Shown piece after piece: positions 19,669-28,759 of a stretch of 45,510 nt of DNA. The notes beneath the pieces are model-generated. The model searched no databases. It saw only the letters and a program-made list of their open reading frames with translations, and was not told the origin of the DNA. Position 1 is the stretch's first letter. Each line of letters begins with the position of its first letter. Origin of the DNA: an uncultured Leptolyngbya sp. (GTDB taxonomy: Bacteria; Cyanobacteriota; Cyanobacteriia; Phormidesmidales; Phormidesmidaceae); assembly GCA_937899365.1 (NCBI GenBank), contig CALBPH010000631.1:1-45510 (forward strand). The letters run 5' to 3'. A program made the position numbers and the translations under genes.

Positions 19669-21063
19669 TCAAGATGTAAGCGCCGGTGCCGGAGAAACGT
19701 CATCTGCTGTCTCTGGATTTTCGTCAGCAGATGCAGTCGTCTCCGACTCTGATAAGGCTGATGTGCTGGGGAGCAAAAATATCAGGGGCAGTGGTAATAA
19801 CGTTGTTAGATTGGTCAGGGTTACCAGGAGCCAAAGATTTTCAAAATCTGTCTCGGTGACATGGAGCCAGTGGGTTAGCAGGGCGCCAAGTTCATGTTAG
19901 ATCAACCCAGCCAGGTTGACAATCGACATCAGCAGGGCAAAGAGTGTGGCTTCTACTCCAGCGGGGCAAAGGCGTGCAGATAGTACTAGCACAGGCATAA
20001 ATGCAATTTGTCCCATCACTGTGAGTACAGCACTATCGCCCAGGCTAAACCACTGGTCGTCAATGCCAAGACTTCTGTTGGCATGGGTGACTAAAATCAA
20101 GGTTGTCATGCCTCCTAGGGAGGCAAGTACCGTTGACCAGGCAAAAATTGTACGAAACGGTACGGCTTTTAGAAAGCGTTGAAAAATGGCAATACCGAGC
20201 AGTGCGGCCAGACTTGTAACCAATCTCACTCGGCCTAAAAACTCAGGTTCAAACCCTAAGTCGTTGGTGGTAAAAAAGAAAAAAGCTGAATCAGCGCTGG
20301 GCGTGGACTGCCACAAAAAGAGAAACAGAGCGGGCATCCAAATGATGCGCTGACTAAATGCCGCCTTGAGCTGCTTCACCTGACTCCATACTGTCGCTAC
20401 GTTTGCTTGTTCCTCAATCGGAGCCTCTGCAATTAGCCAGGCAACTACGGACACAATGAGGGGGAATGTGGCTGTGACTGCAAAAACTATACGGGTACTT
20501 GTCTGCTCTAACAGCAGACCCCCGACATAGGCTGTGAGCAGACCGCCGATGGCTGAAGCTCCCCAGCATAAAGACTGTAGCGTTCCAGCCTCAACTTGGG
20601 ATTCCTGACGTGCCCGCTCTACCACCAGAGAGTCGACAATGACATCTGAAATGGCTACCGATAGCGAGCTGAGCAGAATCATGGTGGTTGCTAGCCAGGC
20701 GCTGTGGACTACGGTAGCCAAAGCTAACCAAGCTGCTGTACCCATCAGGCCAGACAGGATGAGATAAGGACGTCTGCGATAGCCCCCTATGGGCAATCCG
20801 TCAGATAGGAAGCCAAAGAGAGGCTTGATGGTCCATGGCAAGCTAGCTAAACCTGTCAGCGCTGCGACTTCTGCGGGGCTCAGCCCCAAATCATCCTTTA
20901 GAAAAAAGCTGACTGCTAACCGTGCGAGCCCTAAAATTCCTTGAACAAAGTAAACCAACAAAATAGCGGTTAACTCGGTGGTAAGGGGCTGACCTAGTAA
21001 AATACGATTTTCTAAAAATTGCTTCAAGCCCTGCGAGTTGGCGGTTGCAGCCATGTACGACAA
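19669..21063 (-). CDS. Folate/biopterin (BT1 family) MFS transporter, interrupted by an in-frame TAA at 19897-19899
   Basis: YFVQG, PW.IKPL.G..SD, YRRRPY and LCPAGVEATLFALLMS. The frame continues past the stop (HELGALLTHWLHVTETDFENLWLL...LPLPL) to TGA at 19669. Confidence 0.9.
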
Positions 21064-21151
21064 AAACCTTTAAGAAATGTCAACTAACTTAATCATAGCG
21101 ACTCTTAGGGCATTGCCCCAGTGCTCTAGGGGGCTAATCGGGCGATGGGGC

Positions 21152-21180
21152 AAAAAAATGGGGCACCTTGAGTGCCCCAT
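21152..21180 (-). terminator. Intrinsic terminator of the repeat microprotein gene
   Basis: Minus strand ATGGGGCAC-TCAAG-GTGCCCCAT followed by TTTTTT, about 50 nt after the stop. Confidence 0.8.
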
Positions 21181-21228
21181 AGCCGTGATAAATGATTAAA
21201 AACAGTGCGATCGCACCTGGACAATAGG

Positions 21229-21522
21229 CTAAGACTTATCGCGTATGTCCAGAGCATCCAAGCGATACTGTTGGATAGATGTATCTGTCAATGAAGCACT
21301 GCTTTTAGTCCGTATATTGAGCTCATGCAAACGACGCTGTTGGAGTGACGTATCCGTTAGTGAGTCGCTACTCTTGGTACGTTGATCTAGAGCGTCTAAT
21401 CGACGCTGTTGCAGAGTCGTGTCAGCGAGTGAATCGTTATTTGGAAACTTTGCCTGAGCAGCAGGAGCGATAGCTGCAGCAGCGAGTAAAACAGATAACC
21501 CAGCAAATACGAAGCGTTTCAT
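21229..21522 (-). CDS. Secreted microprotein made of three 23-aa tandem repeats
   Basis: GGAGGA Shine-Dalgarno, Sec signal MKRF...AAQA, and repeats DSLADTTLQQRRLDALDQRTKSS / DSLTDTSLQQRRLHELNIRTKSS / ASLTDTSIQQYRLDALDIRDKS. Confidence 0.85.
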   Translation of the reverse strand: MKRFVFAGLSVLLAAAAIAPAAQAKFPNNDSLADTTLQQRRLDALDQRTKSSDSLTDTSLQQRRLHELNIRTKSSASLTDTSIQQYRLDALDIRDKS

Positions 21523-21653
21523 AAGTGTATCCTCCGAAAAAATAGGAAGGTTTCAAACTTTCCTATTTACACGGTGAGAAACACATCTGAATATGCTCTG
21601 ATAGGAGCCTTAGAGTTTTTAAAAAAGACGGTGATAGTTAGCTGAGTAAAAAA

Positions 21654-21669
21654 TGTGATTTAAATCACA
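21654..21669. promoter_or_regulatory. CRP (SyCRP1-type) binding site
   Basis: Perfect palindrome TGTGA-TTTAAA-TCACA with an AAA 5' flank, about 130 bp upstream of the microprotein start. Confidence 0.75.
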
Positions 21670-21681
21670 TAATCTATCTGT

Positions 21682-22224
21682 TTAATCAGGAATGCGAACA
21701 GCTACGGTGCTGGCCTTAAACGTGTAAATCTTGCCTTCTAATTCAATAGGAGTGCCAATTTTAATTTTACTATTGCCGAAGACCGGTCCATCATCAGTGA
21801 TCTGAGCTGAGCCAGCTAAAGTAATCAGCATATCGGCTGTAAATCCCAACTCTGGTCGAGGGTCCGGAAAAGATTTAACCGAGCCATCGGGTTGTGACAC
21901 CGCGGTGCTGCGGGGTAAGGCTTTTACCTCTTTGACGGCTACCTGACCATAGGGCTGATTGCGAATAATCACATTGGTGGTGCCTTCAGCCTGTAAGTCG
22001 ATTAAAAACTGCTCGGGGTTAAGCACGGTTAAGCCGCGGGCCATCACATCGACCTCAATATCCTTATTCACAGCGCCTACCTGAGCCACTGAACCGGAGG
22101 TGCCAGGGTAGAAAAAAACAGCCACTACAACCATCAGGATGACCAGTCCTGCACCAATGTCTAGCAGACTAATTTTGCCAAATAAGCGTCCCTTAGAATC
22201 CAAAATAGCCATAGCTGTTGGCAC
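21682..22224 (-). CDS. DUF4330 family membrane-anchored protein
   Basis: ILDSKGRLFGKISLLD, a TM, IIRNQPYG, PDPRP and KIKIGTPIELEG. Confidence 0.85.
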   Translation of the reverse strand: MPTAMAILDSKGRLFGKISLLDIGAGLVILMVVVAVFFYPGTSGSVAQVGAVNKDIEVDVMARGLTVLNPEQFLIDLQAEGTTNVIIRNQPYGQVAVKEVKALPRSTAVSQPDGSVKSFPDPRPELGFTADMLITLAGSAQITDDGPVFGNSKIKIGTPIELEGKIYTFKASTVAVRIPD

Positions 22225-22658
22225 TCCGAATATTGTCTACTACTCAGACTAAGGTGTTCATACCAGCCTTAATTAGCCCAAGCGATATGTAACAGACATG
22301 CAATGTCACCCTACAGGATATGCAGAGCAGTCGTTTAGTATTTAATCATGGGCTGGTCAGATTAGTTGGCCAAATTACAGGGGAGTAAACTGATTAACTG
22401 ACGCTAATGTGACCTCGCCTAGGGGCTGCTTGTGGCGACTTCCGCCATGTGACCAATGTAGCTTTGAGCTTGACTATCTAAACTGTAATAAGTGTTGGAA
22501 TCTACAATCTACTAACTGTCACAGCTTAAGCGGAAAGCTTTCAATGCCACCGCTATGGTCAAGTCATGGATATCATTGCGCGCGTTTGCTGCACAACGCC
22601 AGACTTGACAATATCCGTCCTTCGCTTTGTTCATCGTTTCACTACAGTAAGCTGACAC

Positions 22659-23507
22659 ATGTCTAACGCAATTCTCCGTTGGGGCAACCGCTGGCAACGC
22701 CGTTTGGCCTACGGCGCCATGGCCTTTCTGACAATATTAAGTTTGGGGGTGTTCACGCCTAAACCTGCTAATGCTGGTTTGTTCGACATCATTTTGCCCA
22801 CCATTCAGGTGTTTCAAATTACAAACATGTCGGATGAGCAAGAAATTCGCCTTGGGGGGCAGGTTAACCAACAGTTGTTAGGCCAGTCGTTCCGGCTATA
22901 TCGGGATGCTAATCTAACAGGCTATGTAGATGAGATCGGTCAGCGCTTGATTCCCTATAGCGATCGGCCAGACATTCCCTATGTCTTTCAAGTGGTTGAG
23001 GACGATAGTATCAATGCTTTTGCCACCATGGGGGGATATGTCTATATCACCACTGGGCTGTTAGCGGCGGCTGATAATGAAGCGGAAGTGGCAGGTGTTT
23101 TGGGACATGAGGTTGGCCATATTGCTGAGAAGCACGCTCTTGATCAGATGCGGGATGTGGCCATTGCCCAAGGGGTTGCGGGAGCATTTGGGCTCAGCCG
23201 GAACCAAATGGTATCGATTGCTGTGGATGTAGCCTTGACCCTACCCAACAGTCGTAAAGATGAATTGGTGGCTGACGACCATGGGTTTGTGACTATGGGT
23301 GAAGCTGGATATGACCAGACTGGGATGGCTACACTGATGCAAAAGCTAGACAGTGGCAATAGCCCACCAGCCATTTTTAGCACCCATCCTAACCCAGCAG
23401 CTCGGGTCGCTCGTTTGCAGGAAATGGATAGTGAATTAGCGATTCCTTCGGCAACGGCAGGTAGCGATACAACAGCCTACAGTGCTCGGGTGGCTTCATT
23501 GCGATAG
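22659..23507 (+). CDS. M48 family zinc metallopeptidase, exported
   Basis: INAFATMGG, HEVGH (HExxH), E..AD and FSTHP; signal peptide present. Confidence 0.92.
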   Translation: MSNAILRWGNRWQRRLAYGAMAFLTILSLGVFTPKPANAGLFDIILPTIQVFQITNMSDEQEIRLGGQVNQQLLGQSFRLYRDANLTGYVDEIGQRLIPYSDRPDIPYVFQVVEDDSINAFATMGGYVYITTGLLAAADNEAEVAGVLGHEVGHIAEKHALDQMRDVAIAQGVAGAFGLSRNQMVSIAVDVALTLPNSRKDELVADDHGFVTMGEAGYDQTGMATLMQKLDSGNSPPAIFSTHPNPAARVARLQEMDSELAIPSATAGSDTTAYSARVASLR

Positions 23508-24301
23508 CTGGCAATTCCCCAAAACATAAGGTTTGGTTCGAACCAGGTTCTGTTAAACGGGGCCTGGTTTTGTTTTGTGTTTTGCTGGTGCAAGCGGTAA
23601 AGATAGTCGCCATCTCCGCCAGTAAAGATCACGGCGGACTGGGGATACTGCTTTTTCCAGCTTTGAATGTAGCTATCAATGGTGGATAGCAAGGTGTGGA
23701 TCACACCGCTTTGAATTGCACTGGATGTATCCATGGCCCAGCGCGGCGGTAAGGATGCTGGTGGGCTGATCATGGGGAGGGCGGCAGTCGTGGTGTGAAG
23801 AGCCGAAAGGTGAGATTGCAGTCCTAATAAAATGGCTCCCCCGACAAACGCGCCGTCTGCTCCAGCCGTAACTGTGAGGGCGGTACCCCCGTCAATGACC
23901 AATAAAGGCCACCCATAGCGCTGCCCTGCTCCCCACAGCGTGGCTACTCGATCTAAGCCCATGGTGGAATATACGTTCTGGAGGGAAAAACGATTAATCC
24001 ATTTCACCTGAGATAGAGACTCAATATATGTAGCCTGGTTAGGGACGACTGAAACGGCCCAAATGTCTATGGACTCGAATGGTAAATCTAAGGCTTGTGG
24101 TGGTAACTGATCTGACCAGATGGAGTGTAATGTTATGCCTGGTGGCGGTTGGTTTGAGAGATGGGGGGTGTGCCAAACTTGCTGTAGATCAGAGCCCCTA
24201 AACCAGGCCCAGTGCCATCGTGTATTACCAATAACTAATGCTAGCCAATCAGTCATTGCTAGTTGATGTGATGCTGTTAGTTCAGCATAAAATTCTGCCA
24301 T
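23477..24301 (-). CDS. coaX: Type III pantothenate kinase
   Basis: IGNTR, MGLDR, LVIDGGTA.T, GGAI..G and FTGGDG. Start may be the MTDWL Met. Confidence 0.9.
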   Translation of the reverse strand: MAEFYAELTASHQLAMTDWLALVIGNTRWHWAWFRGSDLQQVWHTPHLSNQPPPGITLHSIWSDQLPPQALDLPFESIDIWAVSVVPNQATYIESLSQVKWINRFSLQNVYSTMGLDRVATLWGAGQRYGWPLLVIDGGTALTVTAGADGAFVGGAILLGLQSHLSALHTTTAALPMISPPASLPPRWAMDTSSAIQSGVIHTLLSTIDSYIQSWKKQYPQSAVIFTGGDGDYLYRLHQQNTKQNQAPFNRTWFEPNLMFWGIASYRNEATRAL

Positions 24302-24589
24302 TAAAATAGGGATCAGCTATTTCTAACTGACCCCTTTTTAACTTGGTAAAACTCAAAAACAATCGCTAGTCTGCTGTTAGTTTGGTTGGAGAAGTAAATA
24401 GGAATTTTTTGCTAAGGGTTTACGATTCAAATTTGCTACTTGCCTTATATCGATTGAGATTTGGCTGCTTATTTCAACTAATTGAAAGAGCAAAGACCCT
24501 GGTTAGACGTATAGCTAAATCTGAAAGAGATTTAGGTTTCAAATGTCAGGAGTAATGAGAACTCTCTGACAGGTATTCAGTTGTTCTAT
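24302..24589 (-). ncRNA. Candidate structured small RNA (~285 nt)
   Basis: Extended -10 (TGcTACATT, plus-strand 24596-24604), two internal hairpins inside a closing stem, no ATG ORF, and a terminator-like hairpin at 24302-24339. Confidence 0.45.
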
Positions 24590-24689
24590 GGACTTAATGT
24601 AGCACTAGCGACATGGTCTTTTGAATACGATTTACTCAAGTTTACAAGTGCTTACATAAGTCTTTGATTGAATATCTTTATCCATTTAG

Positions 24690-24735
24690 AAAATCGTTTA
24701 GATGATGTCACATGTAACGTCATCTAAACGATTTT
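24690..24735. repeat. AT-rich inverted repeat (16-bp perfect arms)
   Basis: AAAATCGTTTAGATGA-N14-TCATCTAAACGATTTT. Confidence 0.8.
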
Positions 24736-24861
24736 TAGAGTTTATTTCTCGCTGGCTAACTAAATATATTGGCGGCTAGTTTAGCGGCGGTGAAGCTGAT
24801 GCTAATGGCAATTGAGAAACAGGGCTGTCTGGCTCTATGCTGCTGAGCATGTTGACGATGG

Positions 24862-26118
24862 CTACGATCGACGTTGACGTGCGATCGCACCTGCTTGAAA
24901 CATCTGGCAATATTGTTGATGTCCGCCAGGAAAGACCACGTTGAGCGTTAATGGATCGGCATCGTCGTTTGGATCGCCAGGGCCTTGGGTGACGATGGGG
25001 ACGCCGTTATTATTTTCTACCTGGATAGCGCGACGGTTTTTAAGTTCGCCACCACTGCTGTCAACATAGCCGACGAGGTTGCCGCTATTAAAGGCCTGGC
25101 CAATATTTTGGATCAGTTGAAGGAAGTTGCGATCGCTACCCCCACGCTTAAAGACCACTCCCTCCTCTGTGGCGATTGCCTGACTAGTAACCGTATCGCC
25201 AACACCAACGATCACAGGCATATGGGCCGGATCAAAATCCTGTTTTACCAGAGCGAGCATGTCTTCCATGGTTTTAGGAGCCTGCCGAGCGTTAAACCCA
25301 ATGCCTAAGGGATGCATGCCTGTTTTGTGAAAATAGTAGCTGTTATACTAAGCCAGGACGCCTGCTGCTTTGACCGCTCCCCGCAACATAAACTGAAAAT
25401 CTGTTGTCCCTGATGTGGTGTCATCCGCCCACCACATGACTTCATTGCCACTATCATCACGCCCTAAATTTGGCGCGTAGTGGACAAAAAAGGAATCACC
25501 GAGACCCTGCTGTGTCGTTTCAGCTAGGAGTTCGTTGGTCAGTGCTTCCATTTTCTCTTGTAGCTGCCGATAAAGAGCCGGATTATTTAGGGTTTCATAA
25601 AACGTGTTGAGATTGGCGGTGGGAGAAGCCACGTTGTCTAATACCGATGCATTGATGCAGTGGGTGACGGTGGCGTCTGATAAACCATGGTCAACCGTAG
25701 CCAAGAAATTCCGTAGGGTTGTTGCAATGCGATTAGGGATCGACTTGAGGAAGGTCAATTCAGTATCGCTGACACCGGGATGCGATAGCTGCCCAGAACG
25801 ATCTTGCCACTGGACTCCTCCAGCTGCCAGTCCTGGCAGGTGGAAGTCGCCTACTGCTGTTCCCAACGTTTTCGCTAAAATGCCATTGACGCCACGTTTA
25901 CCAATGTGTTCACCATTTGTCAGCACAAAGAAATGCCCGTCATAGGCGGTAACGGCTTCTATATAGTCTCTGCTAATCTGGCGATGCAAGGGGTCCTTTA
26001 CTAGCCCCATGCAGACACCATCAAGGTCTTGAATGATGAGTAGATTTTTTGTCTGGGCCAGCAGGCTAGTCAATGCCTCATGCTCTAGAGACAAGTTTTG
26101 TTGATGTAATGAAGCCAT
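24862..26118 (-). CDS. stpA: Glucosylglycerol 3-phosphate phosphatase (StpA/GgpP), interrupted by an in-frame TAG at 25348-25350
   Basis: LLIIQDLDGVCM, LTNGEH, GTTDFQF, then in the same frame HPLG..FNAR, GVGDTVTS, RGGSDR and DSSGGE. The joined frame is 419 codons, a plausible full length. Confidence 0.9.
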
Positions 26119-26248
26119 TTCGGAGCTAGGAAAGGGGCATCGTGGCCGTTTTGCCCTTGATATAAGAGAAATGGCCACTCTCGTAGAATTACGGTAACAT
26201 TTGTTACCACACCTTCACAGTCGCGAGTCACTAACGCGTGCTCGATCT

Positions 26249-26893
26249 ATGGCCACTCTCTATACCCTGCATCCTGAATCACCCCAAACATTTAAGGTTG
26301 AGAAAATTCGTAAGCAGTTGCAAAGTGGTGCAATTATGCTCTATGCCACTGACACCGTGTATGCAATTGGTTGTGATTTGCAATCTAAAAGTGCAATTCA
26401 ACGGGTGCGACAGCTTAAAAAACTCTCTAACGATAAGCCACTGACGTTTCTATGCCCATCACTATCTAACATTGCTCAGTATGCGTATGTTAGTGATCCG
26501 GCTTATCGCACTATGCGCCACTTAATTCCAGGCCCATATACGTTTATTTTGCCCGCTACTAAGTTGGTCCCCAAGTTGGTGATGAATCCAAAGCGCAAAA
26601 CGACAGGAATTCGTGTGCCCAACAGTGTCGTCTGCCAAGCCCTTTTGCAGAGCTTGGGTAATCCCATTATTTCCACCTCTGCCCATGTTGGCGATATGGA
26701 TGAAACCTATCTATCGCGCTATGAGTTATTTGATGCGCTAGAAAAACAGGTAGACATTATTATCGATGACGAATCTGAGCCCAGTTATCAAGCTTCTACC
26801 ATTTTGGATATGACTAAGGATGATCCAGTTATTCTGCGCAAAGGGTTAGGATTTGATGCTGTTGAGCAATTTGAGACGGTACCAGTGGATTAG
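26249..26893 (+). CDS. Sua5/YciO/YrdC family protein (threonylcarbamoyl-AMP synthase-like)
   Basis: TDTVYAIGC, PGPYTFIL, GIRVP, PIISTSA and STILD. ATG at 26249. Confidence 0.92.
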   Translation: MATLYTLHPESPQTFKVEKIRKQLQSGAIMLYATDTVYAIGCDLQSKSAIQRVRQLKKLSNDKPLTFLCPSLSNIAQYAYVSDPAYRTMRHLIPGPYTFILPATKLVPKLVMNPKRKTTGIRVPNSVVCQALLQSLGNPIISTSAHVGDMDETYLSRYELFDALEKQVDIIIDDESEPSYQASTILDMTKDDPVILRKGLGFDAVEQFETVPVD

Positions 26894-26983
26894 CAGGGAC
26901 TATTGCTCCAACAAAAACTAGAATATCCGTTGGTAAAATCTTCTCTGGAATTGGACTAGTGATGTTGCTGAAAAAGGCTATGT

Positions 26984-28051
26984 TTACCAGCCAATTAAGT
27001 ATCGGCTTCGTTTTTTGAGCACTGCTTTTATGCCAATGGCAATAGCCATGGAGGTGATGACTGTTGTGAAAGCAACGAAAATCCAGATAAGAAAATTACT
27101 TTCATAATTGAGGTTTAGTGTCGTAAATAGGCTAAATACAGCGTTTAAAAGAAAGGGATGGAGAAAGTAGATAGCGAAACTTGTATCCGCAACTTTGTTG
27201 AGGATAGAAAACTCAGTATGTTCGTATTTGTCTAAGATTGAAATAAATAGAAAACAAAGAACAATTTTCTGCAACAGGTTGACATCAGGTACCGTGATTG
27301 ACCAAAACTCTTTATGAAAATTACCAGGTTGTTGAAATACAAACACTTGTAATAAACCTAAGGAGATAGCCAGCGTAATAAGGAAAATCTTCTTGTTTCT
27401 ATCGCGTAAATAGGTATAGATTTTCTTCTGGTTTATTGAACTCCAAGAACCTAATAAATAGACTGGGAAAAAATAAATGAGTGAGTGAATAGCGTTGAGA
27501 TTGTTAATAGGTCTATGGATGATCAGTGAAATGGGCAGTAACGCTAAAGTGATAATTAAAATAGTTTCTGACTTGATAATTTTGTTGACTAAGGGAGATA
27601 AAAGAAATAGAAGAATTGCCATGGGTACATACCAATAGGCAACAATGATATTGCCAGTCAATAGATACCAAGCTATTGCCCTTAGGGGTTCATCTCTTAA
27701 ATCATCAGGCAGTGCATATCCCCCACCGTCAAGGAAGACAGTATTCAGGATAGGAATTAAAGAGAACAACACATAGGGAACCAAGACATATCGTATTTTT
27801 TTAGTCAAAAATTTCTGATAGTTAAAATTTGGATAGAAAATGTGATGATATAAGAAGCCTGAAATGAATACAAAATATACTGTGCCATTCAGGCTTAGTG
27901 AATATATAAACTGCTCCAAACCATTAGATATTTCCCAGTGAGCTAAATCATATGAGTGGCCCAGGACGATAAGAATAATCGCTATTCCTCTGAAATAATT
28001 AATCGAATTAATAAACTTTTTTTTCGCGTTTGGTAGAGGCTTTTTAAGCAT
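26984..28051 (-). CDS. Acyltransferase 3 (OafA/YrhL-like) membrane O-acyltransferase
   Basis: FRGIAIILIVLGH, FVFISGFL, YWYVP and SFAIYFLH; about 10 TMs; conspicuously AT-rich. Confidence 0.88.
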   Translation of the reverse strand: MLKKPLPNAKKKFINSINYFRGIAIILIVLGHSYDLAHWEISNGLEQFIYSLSLNGTVYFVFISGFLYHHIFYPNFNYQKFLTKKIRYVLVPYVLFSLIPILNTVFLDGGGYALPDDLRDEPLRAIAWYLLTGNIIVAYWYVPMAILLFLLSPLVNKIIKSETILIITLALLPISLIIHRPINNLNAIHSLIYFFPVYLLGSWSSINQKKIYTYLRDRNKKIFLITLAISLGLLQVFVFQQPGNFHKEFWSITVPDVNLLQKIVLCFLFISILDKYEHTEFSILNKVADTSFAIYFLHPFLLNAVFSLFTTLNLNYESNFLIWIFVAFTTVITSMAIAIGIKAVLKKRSRYLIGW

Positions 28052-28515
28052 TATTCAAATGTGCGGAATATCAATAGAGCGTAGAAAACAAGCTGCCGTA
28101 TATCTACGCAAATAGTCAGACCCTGGTGGTTAGCCATAACAACAGCCTTTTGTATGACGGTTAGGATTTCTGTCTGTTCCGCTGAGGACCTCTTTCAAGG
28201 ATGGTTTTTTGAACAAAAGTTGGAGATTGAGCCTAAGACTCCGTTATTTCAAGTCTTGTGTTTTGGTTGTGAAAACTATGGCTGCTGCTGATTTAGAGGG
28301 GATGCCGATCTGGTAGGTCTTCGCCCCGTATAGAGAACTTTATCCTGAGGCTTAGCAACACCCTGTCGATGCCCGCAGAGGTCTGACAAACGCTGATGTA
28401 TTCAGCAGTTGACTGCATTCATAGCCATTGTTACCTAAAGATTTTAGGGATATCCATAGTCTTAACGGACCTGACAGATGCGATATTTGCTCTGATGGAA
28501 GCCCGTCTTATTGGC

Positions 28516-28550
28516 AAAAAAAAGACTGCCAGTATGCACTGCACAGTCTA
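28516..28550 (-). terminator. Intrinsic terminator
   Basis: Minus strand AGACTG...CAGTCT stem followed by a run of T. Confidence 0.6.
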
Positions 28551-28759
28551 ATCATTGGCTTTCAGAATCAAAGAGACCGATCATAACTTCAGCGACCTTC
28601 TGTCTCAGGGAAGATTGCTAATGTGCTTATCATGCACATTTATAGAATAGTCAGCAACTCTGACATTTGGATAAATCGCTGATGAAGAAATCCGTGTTCA
28701 ATATAATCTACGTATGAAACTCAGTTTTGAAGCGCTTTTCGTACAGGGGATTACGGATG

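Noticed and set aside
13598-21063. ycf54, crtE, carotenoid oxygenase and nearby genes as a novel terpenoid biosynthetic cluster
   Set aside because: folD-crtE-DUF212 and BT1-carotenoid oxygenase are ordinary cyanobacterial neighbourhoods, and no cyclase or tailoring enzymes are present.
21229-21522. Repeat microprotein as a RiPP precursor or its repeats as a CRISPR array
   Set aside because: It has a Sec signal rather than a RiPP leader and no modifying enzymes nearby. The 69-nt units are in-frame, degenerate and have no spacers.
22409-22697. ORFs 22409..22666 and 22512..22697
   Set aside because: They lie in the divergent promoter region of DUF4330/M48, have atypical composition and overlap the M48 start.
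28284-28420. About 41-codon minus-strand ORF (MQSTAEYISV...) upstream of the acyltransferase
   Set aside because: No Shine-Dalgarno or recognisable motif, and the length is expected by chance.
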